From: a virus
Direction: 5' to 3' (one strand)
IMG/VR virus record: IMGVR_UViG_3300020472_000016
Coordinates: 1 to 64,000 of that record
Length of the DNA: 64,000 nt
Shown: positions 60,301-63,898 of the stretch, piece after piece
How positions within the stretch are numbered: position 1 is the stretch's first letter
Layout of the letters: each line of letters opens with the position of its first letter
Notes under the pieces: model-generated
Databases searched by the model: none
The model's input: the letters and a program-made list of their open reading frames with translations, nothing else
Told to the model about the DNA's origin: nothing
Made by a program: the position numbers and the translations under genes

Positions 60301-60760
60301 GGATGACTGGACTGCACCTGAAGGTCCTGCTATGAACGGTGGTTATGACACCTACGCAGGTGAGGGTACTGACCAAGATGGTAATCCAATCGTAATCGTT
60401 GATGGTTATATAACTATCACTTCACAACCTGTTAACGTAACAGTTAACCAAGGTCAAATGGCAGGATTTACTGTACTCGCTACGTTTAATCTTTCATCTG
60501 ATGGTTCTGTAGGATCTACTCCTCTGAACTACCAGTGGCAACGTAAGCAGTATGGTGAGACCACATGGGCAAACATAACAGGTGCTACAGGTGGTGTTTA
60601 TACTACTGACTCTGCTGAACAGGCAGACGATGGTGATGAGTTCCGTGTAGCAATAACTGCTGCTGGTGCTTCACCTGTTTACTCTAACTCTGTAATCCTC
60701 TCGGTACAGACTGGTGCAACAGTTATTTCTAACTTCGTACCAACTCAAATATTCCAATAA
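33302..60760 (+). CDS. g7: Giant (9152 aa) gp7-like baseplate wedge/virion protein with many inserted domains
   Basis: Follows g6. N-terminal 'QLP.FIRE....FV.FL..YY.SQE', 'IKDFY.AKGT....YLFKILFGE', 'IQDSYFYQ.FSYVIKS...HPAGF' gp7-type motifs. Also GxGY repeats, YHYH-like segment (~37.5-38.0 kb), LamG-like domains (~40.3-40.9, 48.7-49.2 kb), CBM-like Trp repeats (~41.5-41.9 kb), C-terminal Ig-like domain. Confidence 0.8.
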   Translation: MFAKTVNISDRVENQLPAFIREEDEQFVNFLFEYYKSQEKTGRPYNILNNLLNYLDLDDYDQKVLASTTVLIKDVDPTNTLIEVESIDGFMDRDGSVMIDNEVIYYENTVRGPDAILTPGLSLEEFNKKRQELENPIQEFDGVRTTFPLNFLGTPVSPVSAEHLAVTVFNVSQVPGVDYSISGSQITFTNPPRARIGTDSVGSCQIVYYIGFADAVVKELTYPNVFDIAGDDSMALSYESLSYSPISEIGLIVNRNGTLQQPYIDYVLTDNNSKIKFFVNITNQDNFHIRSIEYVSASFGTGAHAVTSVGVNGQIEAINVKEGGKGYKLNFAPKVAITSSTEKGTGAAARTLVAGIKDIRLINGGQGYTSYNPPKVKITQPSDMVNGSGATASIQVDDTTGTVSSIKITNSGSGYDFIPAITFVNPSGAIITDPTIDGEGRLDGASITITDGGIGYSNPPVIYIDPAPTGGIDAVADCTVSPDGEIVAVNISNRGRGYLTPPRARVVQPIGAQVLDVTVANGSVTNINLLTGGKGYTDAPSVYIVDDRKGSLGEAIGGTGAQAAATIFNGEITDINIINFGSGYSDSEPPKIYVAEPLAAQASCDVGFGEVTGFTILSSGKEYEPSSLNGCSRGVSDVVTFDKYNNQIFAKESQLAQSDHVSGSSVKNLDSQIISKVFDKFRRQYMPTINIDYTQVNPIQVIKTIKDFYLAKGTKTAAQYLFKILFGEEVDIFYPRDELIKPSDASWVVDTILRAQLISGNPANLTNAQLVQEADVVDQNVKDASVLIENVISIIEGTDIIYELAISEETLTGVFKIPYKTGLVEPLTTTENIITVDSTIGWPEKNGTIIINDQEIVQYKEKSLNQFIECTRSKNAIVEDWDPGTIIYSDIFVYANKGTDEEVKLRVLGIAEAGTTVLEDSGSYYLPGDKLNVAALGSTADDERLQSWLYNVKKLISVTSITPGGLNNQTATVITGNAHGLLVEDKVTIYGANPAVYNGTFEVTARLDDYSFSYSIPTPMTIVPQGNILLSVDLNRGKSSVSTINEVISLFTSNVQNSFFNNDYVYVAASGLPNYKVGPFTGSAMIPGNQRKLLRFPRTVSTISTRTEVAPNSPIGSWVNGVSAWSYKSSEFVTFGPLTGININSGGEDYDAGSKPALEITGGGGTGALATVTVNGSLDSVEVTAEGTGYTEQPLISIVGGGGTGATAQAVVTNGRVTRILVENPGTGYTAQPTISITGGNGAGALAVASVRGPISAVTLSNSGSGYTSKPTIKLNSGEGALAQPIVINGRIVSIAIINSGDAYTSAPKVYINGDGFGAQATAIIGTIGEDKGKVISVSITNKGVGYTQGMTSVRMEAIGQLATFAADVYQWRKNVEYDLSSKYDVARGYVFTGFNNQYGGEYAHVSDPKELRYVVGDNVFLNPATQNFQEVPSNIEHSPIIGWAFDGNPIYGPYGYIDPTDQNSGIRRMRSSYTLKSEVVYDIDTNPTPARTDGPALATYPAGNFINDYKYTFQQGDLDPYNGRFCKTPDYPAGTYAYFVTIDESDAGIPVFPYVIGPEYNSVVDTWNLSLSAVQENIPADVARFRDPYTNVDIDIDRQPNQESDSFVTEKEGDLLIFEIEDIDGDAIISPSEIANEQAITEEAALEIYDYFPSVSTESRVDIEVDTTTKFENARIDGFVVENAGSSYQVNDTLYFDNTGTDGFGASAIIESVQGRTINGYQKEIINDISYGKITTATEHELVAQDEIIVNSRVITDNTNKRFYMSVVTGIEDITVTQVGIGYNTQLPPTYEIITSQGQDINFNIILDETTGKVGEVNIINSGYGYDVDNPPQIRVSHPQQYKKTYYWLSEYYEAAGSIEIFDIVMATDRYMYVCGELTQTNGDTAAFLAKFTDLGVMVWDRTLLPSASIKKARWKSIYLDETSEENNLLYMIGETESQGTATYNPDILIAKYESGFDNSNAPEGIVRWQKEIAGVSGAARRDYAGDIFMDDEQRVYICGWTDTNAVDAYDIWVMQLNNTGDVVEKRKFASNSEGERMEQLHYIGNNKMLWCGVDQDNNDLIFGEMEYDGANIELNYVKRLAISGGDVKRPRFQIDEYNDLFFICDMWNGTKFYGCSFLKIALNQLSTNPTTPEYYFSKTIQPSGNFESINHAGLSIDVFGNVSIATDVKYSDNDLQAVVMSFKYDGTLLKSTNIKDTDDIGFKTRNHIVDNSGDVIIAANKQKPIQTVVNRFDSAPISFAGDIASGAATVTNVSNATSLATGDVVSITSGAGSVTLAAGVKVLTATGTTVTLDTNFGGSGSATGAILSAVDVSGLIEDSSKQANTTATFSDVTKVMHNTADYKFGSGSLKFSGGPTYMKHAGAGLTSNWTASVWSLMEASHASNNPKVEMITIDDALGNGIVVTVDGNAASGNLGKIEMTIAPQGGGGSTIASVGSTYWTTLQDSAFHHWAVVKETPSLGSYTYSVYFDGVQVCTATVATEIGLNDLYIGANKTSPATGNCFLGSIDDVVIEPNSVFTGASFTLPTTQFAITSNNSQLNLIKFDRLHDKRGAYSAFPSTTYTKALTFTETSGINVNNLTNPVITVWAEGSSGLQILDMSDTISTLAPGTYTFTNATHQFASKTSTVPSPLGVKLKVDAIVIPKYYVRDAGFQKIDNVLEFQFNQDVRFTKGTILQQYNSQGVVQAYGTIVEVPTGTLDEPGLGDKYKIGKMFGNFNDTDLFKNNTGEENIIKDVIFQPERAQAEWLTATAYTTDDQVWSDGKIYKATNTATSGATAPTHEIGNVTDGSVIWQYISAAGPIEVALIDHPWPVPSEPLWQATKSYALNDLVYFGRQKYKCTTAGVTGSVAPTHTSGTATDGTVVWTWQSQYDSIHAYARFRPYDAGDYKVKILEVYSGSDFIVGDVISLGGSVTTGPKEGDPKIGQINGVTTVKKVEYVVNLDKDIIRSANTRTDLIYCQALSPHRFLAGDILFVEGFTTAQFNGSFFVEEVFSSRDFLYRMRNAADSEPVFYNNAIFNVKISSKHPTLMLVRNHSYVFDMSDASNFGYFLSFSQDNQFKLEYSFNVIERSGTPGLSSNTETPIVNFTIGGEVTNITYYFDPSRTLSSNSPVGTNSFIDVIKTPYDGTFKIAEVISETEFRFPLEIEPEFNNAEIGLDDQDNPNSYYSTTSTKAIGPINTIKLISPGGFYRKLPIISDIASDRKIEKIKIKNGGTEYAVGVYTQVPIIGDGEGGLCIITVELDVETNSGTITDVNLTDPGKGYTFGSIDVDGITGILGSTLSGSGGELDVVIPDEGTGASVFLTGTEIGKIKTLKNNEFGYGYSHDYTLRPEIAFPVNLQLFNTSILSEIKITDPGAGYTSAPVVVISGGGGLGADAEAIVKNNRLSEIIVKDPGAGYSSQPSVLLKSEFTYVVNLDLNYLQFNFPHGITTGAAIQFRAEDIGSDVGELPKPSSVGLTSLSSTTIYYAIAGNVAGLESDQLRFALTPADSESGNYITFLTQGNGRQVLLTEVFGGKAEAVVETSRFLESEEVFQGETYELANAFGTVSTNDGWQIGPKILKVVNPKGVFVKGGKVQGVISRASGIIDNVQIAKGILNIDAITKTSGRFIDDVGKPSEIVQKIQDSYFYQNFSYVIKSQIPINRWKKQILENNHPAGFNMFGQLELTGGKDISGRKIGTEFTKQVNIDEYTNVNQITSFGAAQPIYSTFNNSEVLFRKKRLTNSEEILTSIVKKIDSISDQFDGATKAFNLTVEGDQVIIKENQMLVTLNGVIQSPGEAYQIVGNQIVFAEAPRPDSKVIYRNVDITVLPIKRLNLTQIGGIFPQIGDIITSKFNNVNSSAKVIDTSTNTVDIIQIIGTTFVNNARVDVSRTGFSAFIGSIDDVNQSTIFEFGETVTKVDLAGETAIIEETNLDLDGNLDNSLVLSKTSGTAQYETGAYNILLNDVIYSAGSKIAAQVTGISPYRDPVTSINLAQAVAFEEDQLITGGSSGAQALVVRVDAEANPPVLYYVKKNTPDFVDGETVTNQNAVNGVISGEPKVGDVVDTLIINKGSSFFGLVFERLISLSNQNVILDNISETTISPVELNNAANRINADFLDYEEVRSTEIEYSGLSGGSLAVNDVIRSINVTYGNPVTDALNRYKDAARSIRNNRQEIIDFATSQIAIDYPGFYHTGDNQIAQMGRFKDAYRLIQKNKEWIIAKSYDEMITQYPGTTIPSATKCKRDLGYFIDALSRDTGWGGTVYTRKLCNMFFPDGSTFQYVNSQANEINYGYGKAYDHMVEALTNTLSGSETIDSVAYTKYNEQSTGGSGGSGITADPSPGDNYGTSGSNATNNGPNNCADVTAALNTLWTNVSEVILSASLTDLIDLSQPVALTPLETKCTRDTGYFIDAIADDLDGDGNYYMVEFTKKFFNTDGVFIGLPETQEAITAFNAAKDLCKNAMRNIMYEQTLATAGYNLNDPTTYSAPYLNSSSTAQYYDPNYSSGSNQGGTNCANVATAIDTLANIATTSFTGAQFTPSAASYTAATGDLILTIGSHSLTTADTVRIEPNSLTFTCAMDGNTANKTYPRSSDPTYNQQIAITAVGATTITVNVGASPIVNHTVTGATYDPVSGVMVLTIGAHTLGVGESIKIATGSLTFSCDQGGTVGTGTYPRSTGASTGDGEDYAYDTAIEITAKTDTTITVNVNGGQGAVTNTNAHTFVSATPNGIQSGGNYTHTFVSAGTNSVSEGGGLAYINSLATVTDGTYEEGENIRVYKFAYKDRAGLGFFTPGDTIKGHKSEANFSCKGANSGLRWLYTNALTGTFQNREYITNTKLTNVAGASNVTVTPTNATYDAATGHLTITVAAHGFSTGNEVSIAANAIRFTCGMDANATQHDYPRLTDPVANNVRLPIIKTTASTFTVNVGSSPLKHYTPTGVDYQPDTGVMSITIGPNNLNVGEKIRFKPESLVFTCDQDGNQTEHAYPRSSDPFYNTSCNIDGITSSTYSITGASYLPAKGTLNLTIANHGFSNGEMIKIADNSLTFTCTNDNNATNHTYPRTTDPASYQWLPISVVDNNTIGVQIGVSTDISVHTFVSATSNNITKQDGGVIVVNVLNSSPSTNTTLHTFVRGEDAIITGGDYAHTFVSAVSNSFTVYPAKARLTSLDKRSGSNSLVLESNAYLTHDLSDVNAFGSSNFTVEMWIKAKAVTGGQYLFDFRTSGLSETGSLSLYLDGGSIKLAYDSADVISGSHGISAGTWTHVAVSKTSGITKVWVGGVQVGTDYSDSNTYYERKITIGAAQDGANFYQGHIDNFIITKGVSKYQASFTPPVIFTTNDDISFSMSNEHPIIMSDKDSYATFTGTTNSAAAAKKVNYANKEIIVEDVQLSRDEHRRAADMLELNRAWIAETAVNKMKAKYPDLLMPGDTADGIGPQQGTTFCLRDTQEFILKGIIDDIRYGGNYNSTIAARSYLTAYEGLEHIANEVLQSIYTYRELAPICNYVLTTTSTDLENYGVDGDGNPIKYTDILRIPNNFSSPIAQTIQDEIVALGDEIGDIIGPTGQRFRDAGDMIWKNRDVIANEAVGWLEATYQKDINGTVYDFYTNPNANANKCTHEIKTYILPAIVADLVTGGNSGIRNVTAKFLNANGELYSVDNELSAVLDVYEYVGKLCKHAINNTLVTKGSTAAELGVPSEYQDDYHVNEYTELTVYRDDTITIDSEGYNAFRTSNDRLLDAADMLERNANVIAWEAVHTMNDLSKYLNFGVPDGAQNCVDDVLDVLGAVVHDIRKGGNSKTWDAASLYLNKEDKSLIQLNGRQHTHQYVRSELDAIYTGGNYDHTFVTAATNAVVDDGSNNFTPTNVVYTPGDGKLVITMPNHGLATSNTITIAEESLTFTCSMDEHASKHKYPRKGDPAYGKSIAILETTISTITVNVGASPIVNYNVSNADYNAVTGDLTMNVGAHTLQPGTSIRFRDGALTFSCDRDDYATEHSYPRISDPVYNTSVNVSSVGTTTSTPTDASYDTSTGIVTITQNGHGFTGETTASTSDAAYNPNTGIMTITSNGHGFAAGDSVKIAGNSLTFTCGFDGDLSNHTYPRSTDPAYNSWLPVLNVTTNTFDVQVLKEIPSTNVTVHTFVSATASNITKANDYVMIDENALSMSCDTGSGAQTKTYPRPQDPAYKAWLPISNVQLNTFDIQVLSTVPSTNTNAHTFVSFASNGLSRQTGNITVNVGVAPGEDAAAISVLKLATEMAIMTMRNAFGRENLYIFDPEPDPDGDTTPAGGDESIDNVDVESYERNAVKDRFINAADLIERNIRLIAEESIAAALVQYPSLNIPGGNINCVHDLTDFLDSMVWNLRHGGNNKVFHAAEYYVNEGLTHNTEATWITNYARDLAIQVMRNESLALNYGRDPAFDTAVPIVSVASTQHTATDASYDAGTGLLTLTVAGHGFAEGNRVNIADNSLTFTCSMDGNYSNHTYPRLSDPVSNQWLPIISTSTDTFTVNVGVSRIKKFTPTAISYEPNTGNLIMTVGVHDLAVGTNLKIEPNSLTFTCAMDNGATNHTYPRITDPVHDEPIEIVGVTETTVTVNVGTTGITNFDIHDAEFNPTSGQLDINIGAHTFREGESVKLGTNALTFTCAMDSHATDHAYPRASGPGGPDAGYNTSISIDKIGLDTYDITNAGYNPTTGVMTVTIPSHGFKGRTTHTPTGVEYTPATGKMIISLANHGFQNDDRVKIGQNGLVFTCGMDGHTTNHAYPRNYNSSAPGGEDYAYDKWLHVTNVTQNTFEVNVGVSSNQTEHTFVNSVTNCLTHAGDHVKVCTKAIGFKCTKDGNSTTHSYPRQSDPSYDEWLPVTNAGTDTFDIFVGFSGPNDNYTHTFAANTDLTPTNAAYDPNSGKMTLTVNDHGMQNGDTIWIEDGAVTFRCGEDSQSSDHAYPRNITDTFTITGATYDAAAGVMECTVANHGFGNGAMVKFAPGSIKFTCSMDNYDTTHAYPRHDDPIADKWIPVFNVETNTFQVRVGQSIEKQWTPSAAAYSPTTGVMDLTIGAHNFRAGASLTPSNADYNPTSGIMRLTIAGHNIAEGEHIKIADNALTFTCTLDGGSAQKTYPRPSTISHTATTGTTHDPSTGILHINTTSAHDLTNGDWVKFADNSLTFTCGLDGDQTNHSYPRADDPMSGKWVQISNATASGFDVQVLNSIPQSNTSTHVFVSATSNGIQTRDPFSGRWMEVREVGTDWIDVKVLTTAPSTNTNPHTFISAAANCIQTSGDSVRISANSITFTCNKDSNATQHTYPRAAMNAAGGADPVYNGAAKIVAVTDTTISVWVGTSANTTSHSFVSAAANAVRSGGTYTHNFASADANGLSQQRDWAHNNYIPISDVTTNTFSVQLLQKIPSTNTTTHVFQSAASNSIHRGVIQKQNGWIQLNVGTSSNTSWHGFKFADSGALISGGYYDHSFISASTGAVHTGGDYIHDFVSAVTNGITRQNPSGIVTLDIGASGPNDQYTHTFVSAANGALITGGNYAHKFVSATDRALVSGGNYEHTFVSAASNSVNVTGGSQLTPTNAAYDPLTGHLTLTFGSAHGLTANINTVTIDNNAIQFSCEFDGNSSTHGYPRSTDPASGTTLTIISNTTDTITVNIGSTPEVNFNVTDATYDAGTGNLTLDIGSNSLQGPTLGLTPTDAAYNPTTGIITLTINGHGFANGEYIKIADNGLTFTCTQGGGNHSYPRVTDPASGKWLTISNVQTNTFDVQVLDTVPSTNTTTHTLVSIANGCVDKAGESVMVRPNSLTFTCQQDNYSTNHTYPRAKDPSFDRPIPIVGKSGQTITIDVGNSAIVTYTPTNATYDAATGYLAVTIGAHGLSTGTTVKLAPNSFTFTCTRDGNTAQKTYPRGGHTFAQKFYADLDFYPYNQGEYVITADTANPKCADVASAITSLMGLYTDAIATPASLTDGTISKTLPNIWPVKYASEMVMRDVSVTFDQNGATTGDWNTTCVGVADKIEGLMDIVINTIELASGGGGSHLDAVEREVPWRFNNNYQFYTCYNVTSATDTLFDVLLSTLGGGSKSDKHCARHILFNYHAITAKAFERTQNNHPDTTADITFAENMVKALMYDLNTGGNQGMLKLANSWFDGEGNFIAFGNIVRQHLLFYVTRIREYVKRGLYDYNNDTQWAGYDLYLEPSNTAAINNRFEYEKESTEFTIDSSINLAFHALNRSQAPSTNKIDYINSDNITNMTNVYDEGEDYNTDPELILLTPTIEVGFERRENTVTVHKPNFFSRGDVLAYVPASQDLDPNLQDQEYYYVLNAEADYFEVTREKRHDARYRQFAFDQSLKGQQRLQTVVRTGINMPAMVSPVRDNAQPISAGFNTADYLVGSTSNASSEVVRTMNNEADIIKLYKKFNIDAATGRFTNGETIQVQGATANNGIVVQTSALTGDQSNEGWIYVEDMNGTFSDNDVLEGVTSGITNAVNGTSVERMLINTSRGAFKQDEKIFNKGNSAEADIVKYENSAGALVGNSGGRITIDIETIQDDFTDGDVIYGSITDKILDIAYITATGFEELTLNQYVHAESQVECDVNNIIRDGGYAGNFTAGDVVYLLAGTTIKQPGFTAVVTKYQAFDDSVTPNIPHKIWIANLRPYGTNSQGEVVTPDPQELASGGTAIGKFENLNNFPIILAEMSSVTVTNYNSYGRVSGKDITGDTGRIWLEDVVGDFPSNITIKSDAGWYAGVTQSKGLVGRCNRFFRGFDGTQTSFKLTTNNGEAYFPDPAGHLLVFTNGVLQPPGGTQAYTAFSDQIQFTEPPTIGSEFIGYYVGKLRQLDDISFEFDSLRSSFNLRYAGGFYSLTLTEGVSSSTILPENNIVVSLNGVIQEPGVGYELVGSRIIFAEVPRAGSTFVAFSYIGSDADVIAATVVPPIEAGDLLQIDGEGENREVALIESSNSLITFEYTGTVKGRGAAALAQITSGEMTTAIITSPGDGYSSRPNVDVISSSGFDGRVRALMGLLRIDVKTAGVGYAQPQVAIHNVVEDDWTAPEGPAMNGGYDTYAGEGTDQDGNPIVIVDGYITITSQPVNVTVNQGQMAGFTVLATFNLSSDGSVGSTPLNYQWQRKQYGETTWANITGATGGVYTTDSAEQADDGDEFRVAITAAGASPVYSNSVILSVQTGATVISNFVPTQIFQ
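45719..57590 (+). repeat. 6-7 helical phycobiliprotein-like repeats in the giant protein
   Basis: R..DA...I..N...I...(Y)P...C..D....(I/L)..D...GGN; Cys codons at 45962, 46442, 49556, 50072, 50552, 52259; Cys-less copy ~57.4-57.6 kb. Confidence 0.7.
46840..56910 (+). repeat. About 23 copies of an ~90-aa beta repeat (A.Y.P.TG..TLT...H...L.FTC..D...H.YPR..DP) in the giant protein
   Basis: 23 'YPR' cores counted by eye between ~47.0 and 56.9 kb. Confidence 0.85.
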
Positions 60761-60763
60761 ATA
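60756..60763 (+). promoter_or_regulatory. Late promoter AATAAATA
   Basis: Overlaps the giant ORF stop, 10 nt before ATG 60774. Confidence 0.65.
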
Positions 60764-60773
60764 ATTAGAAACT

Positions 60774-62372
60774 ATGGCTGCCACGTCATCATACAACGCA
60801 GGAACAAAAATGCTCACAGTGGATGGGGATGGACTCCCCGATCCAGTGTTGTATGGTACGTTCCCTAATAACGACAATCCTAATGCTGTAACAGAGCAGG
60901 ATTTTGAGCATACTTTCTATTTTAGAGGTGGTTCATTTGGTACTGCTCGTACATTTGATACTCCTTCATTCACACAGAATGGTTATCTTGTAGATGTACC
61001 TTTGTCTACAGCAGACAATGATTTGTTAGGTGTTGAGATCCAAGTAGGGGACAGGATTCTGTTTGTTTTTGATAAGCAAACTGCTAATGAGAAGAAGCAA
61101 GTATTTGTGTATAGAGGAACTAGTCAAACTGTTACTCCTGGTGAGTTTTGGAGAGAGACATCAAATAATCTTGAGTTAGTTGTAGACTATAGTAGAAGTA
61201 ATCATACTGGTACTCTAGAATATTTTGATCAAAGAAATGCTAGATCAAATGTACCTTTAGGTATTGTTGGTGTTACTGCTAATGGTGTAGCAATCTTTAA
61301 TCCTAGTGCTGGAGCAGGTGGTAACCCACCAACAGGATTTCAGTGGAATGCACATTATGAAGACTCTCCTGTAGATTTTGGAGATGATTCATGTGGTGGA
61401 CACCCAGAGAATACAGGACAGTATCACTATCACGACACACATTTCCTAGAGTGTTGGCAGAATAATGCTGTGATGGCAGGATATAATGATTACTATGGTT
61501 CTAGTCAGTTTAATGGTGATAATTTAAGACATCCAGACGGTCATTCTAAGATAATTGGTGTTTCGTTTGATGGTTTCCCTGTATATGGACCGTATATTTA
61601 CTCTAATCCATGGGACAATTCATCATCTAAAATTTTAGCAAGTAGTTCATATAGAGTTAGATCCGAAGAAGCACCAGGTAGACCTACTTACGGTAATACT
61701 ACTGCCAACCCTCCTGCTGGATCATTGATGCAGGATTGGGAATATGCAGAAGGTACTGGTGTTCTTGATTTCCATAATGGAAGATTCTGTGTAACACCAG
61801 AATATCCTACAGGAACATATGCATACTTCTTAGCAACTGAAGAAGGTAATGAAGGTGCATTAGATCCACAGTTCCCTTATATGATGGGAACTACTTCTCG
61901 TGAAACTCTCAATAAACCAGCCAATGATGGTGCTGCTGCACCTCCAGGAGACGGTGGTGATGGAGGAGGAGAGGCTCCACCTGCTACTATTCTGATTGGT
62001 GCACAACCACAGAATGCTACTGTTGCTCAAAGTACAACAGCTACATTTACGATTACTGCCTCTATCAGTCCTGAGGATGGACCTAAGACTTATCAATGGT
62101 ACAGATCTACAGACGGTGGATATTCATTCGCTGTTCTTACAGGATCTACTGCTAATAGTCTTACCTTCACTGCGTTGTCATATATGTCTGGATACAAATT
62201 CAGATGTGTAATTGAGGGACCAATCGGTGCACCTGCTGCACAGAACTCTCCTCTAACAACTGACGTTGCTACTCTCACCGTAACTGGTGGAGGCGGTGGT
62301 CAGCAAGCAGAGAACTTCGATGGTACTAATGCTACCTTCGATACTACTGGTATCACCTTCGATGCCACCTAA
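60774..62372 (+). CDS. YHYH-domain virion protein with C-terminal Ig-like domain
   Basis: G...NGV.IFNP, D.CGGHP...GQYHYH, HS.IIG...DGFPVYGP, NGRFCVTPEYP.GTYAYF; QPQN.TV...YQWY...FRCV. Confidence 0.85.
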   Translation: MAATSSYNAGTKMLTVDGDGLPDPVLYGTFPNNDNPNAVTEQDFEHTFYFRGGSFGTARTFDTPSFTQNGYLVDVPLSTADNDLLGVEIQVGDRILFVFDKQTANEKKQVFVYRGTSQTVTPGEFWRETSNNLELVVDYSRSNHTGTLEYFDQRNARSNVPLGIVGVTANGVAIFNPSAGAGGNPPTGFQWNAHYEDSPVDFGDDSCGGHPENTGQYHYHDTHFLECWQNNAVMAGYNDYYGSSQFNGDNLRHPDGHSKIIGVSFDGFPVYGPYIYSNPWDNSSSKILASSSYRVRSEEAPGRPTYGNTTANPPAGSLMQDWEYAEGTGVLDFHNGRFCVTPEYPTGTYAYFLATEEGNEGALDPQFPYMMGTTSRETLNKPANDGAAAPPGDGGDGGGEAPPATILIGAQPQNATVAQSTTATFTITASISPEDGPKTYQWYRSTDGGYSFAVLTGSTANSLTFTALSYMSGYKFRCVIEGPIGAPAAQNSPLTTDVATLTVTGGGGGQQAENFDGTNATFDTTGITFDAT

Positions 62373-62375
62373 ATA
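62368..62375 (+). promoter_or_regulatory. Late promoter CCTAAATA
   Basis: Late motif variant upstream of ATG 62398. Confidence 0.55.
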
Positions 62376-62397
62376 ACACTGTACAAACTGTAGAAAC

Positions 62398-63897
62398 ATG
62401 GCAAAACAGCTAGTTGGTATCGGTTCTTCGGCAAATGATGGCACAGGTGACACCCTGCGGGACGGTGCTATCAAGTATAATGCCAACTTTGACGAACTAT
62501 ATCAGAAATTAGGTAATGACACGGACATCCATATAGATATCACTGCTGGTATAACGGATGGACAAGTACTTAAATGGAGTAGTACACCAACTCCTGCATT
62601 CCGAGGTGCAGACTTTAATCTTTTAAGTGCGAATTTAGATACGAATGCTCATCAGATAATTTGTGACGGTACAGATGATATTGTAGTTAAGCAGACTGGT
62701 ACTGGTGATATTAAACTTTGGGGTGGTGGATCAGGTTCAGCATACACTTATATTGATGGTGCTGATGGATACTTTAAATGGTATGCACCATATGCAAATG
62801 CTGCTGCTCTACCAAATGCTACTAACCACCATGGTATGTTTGCACATACACATGACACTGGAAAGGCACACTTCGCTCATGATCCTGATTGGATCCAATT
62901 AGTAGATGTAAACGATAGTATTAATATCCTGTCTGATGTAGACACCACTGTGAACGGTGGTCCTTCAGGTGGGCAAGTTTTAAAGTGGAATGCGAGTACT
63001 ACAAAATGGGAGCCAGCGAATGACGAACAAGGATCTGGAGGTGGAGGAGGTACTACACAGAATTTATTCGAAACAGTTACCGCTGACACTGGCACAACAA
63101 CTGCTTCCGCAGCTAACGATACTCTCATTATTGCTGGTGGTACTAATATCTCCACCACTCTTGTTGGCGATACTCTTACTGTAGACATGACAGGAGCACT
63201 TGGTGCACCTGATCAGAATCTATTCTCAACTTTCTCTGCAGATAATGGTAGCACTTCTGCTACTGTAGCTACAGACACCTTGTCTATTGCAGGTGGTGCT
63301 AGTATCAGTACAAACTTAAGTACCAATACTATTACCATTACTAACGATGCACCTAACATCGTACAGAATGTTCTACAGACAATTACTGGTAACAGTGGAT
63401 CTTATACGTCAAATTCTTCCACTGCTTCTGTTGCAATAGAAGGTTCTAATGGAATTACTACTTCGGTATCAGGATCCACACTGAGTATTACTTCTACCAG
63501 ATTACTTCCATCAAATACTTTGGAAGGTAAATCAATTTATTATGATGGTGAGAATGATGCATGGGAAGTAGGAGATGGTCCTGTATACTTCTATTCATTT
63601 ACTGCACCTAGCGATATGATATATCGGGTGTCAGGTCCAGGAGTTGATTCTGGGACAGATAATCCTGGTTTAGTTCTCTTTAGAGGACATACTTATAAGT
63701 TATACAATACTACTGGTGCTAATCACCCACTGAAGCTACGTGTATCTTCAGGTGGTGCTGCAGTTACCGATGGTGTGAACGCAATGTCTAATGGCACTAC
63801 AACATACACAGTACCTATGACCGTTGCTGCTGGTACGACTTATGTCTATCAGTGTGAATTACATTCAGCAATGATGGGTACCATAACAATAGCATAA
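62398..63897 (+). CDS. gp9/gp10-like baseplate-anchored fibre with C-terminal cupredoxin-like motif
   Basis: N-terminus KQ..IG..ANDGTGDTLR.G..K.N.NF.ELY; GQVLKW and 'TL.IAGG..IST' fibre repeats; C-terminus HPL...YQCELHSAMMGTITI. Confidence 0.75.
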   Translation: MAKQLVGIGSSANDGTGDTLRDGAIKYNANFDELYQKLGNDTDIHIDITAGITDGQVLKWSSTPTPAFRGADFNLLSANLDTNAHQIICDGTDDIVVKQTGTGDIKLWGGGSGSAYTYIDGADGYFKWYAPYANAAALPNATNHHGMFAHTHDTGKAHFAHDPDWIQLVDVNDSINILSDVDTTVNGGPSGGQVLKWNASTTKWEPANDEQGSGGGGGTTQNLFETVTADTGTTTASAANDTLIIAGGTNISTTLVGDTLTVDMTGALGAPDQNLFSTFSADNGSTSATVATDTLSIAGGASISTNLSTNTITITNDAPNIVQNVLQTITGNSGSYTSNSSTASVAIEGSNGITTSVSGSTLSITSTRLLPSNTLEGKSIYYDGENDAWEVGDGPVYFYSFTAPSDMIYRVSGPGVDSGTDNPGLVLFRGHTYKLYNTTGANHPLKLRVSSGGAAVTDGVNAMSNGTTTYTVPMTVAAGTTYVYQCELHSAMMGTITIA

Positions 63898-63898
63898 G

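Noticed and set aside
33302-60760. Intein, intron or stop-codon recoding as the cause of the giant ORF
   Set aside because: No intein splice or LAGLIDADG motifs noticed; the ORF is open in the standard code and its length is explained by repeats.
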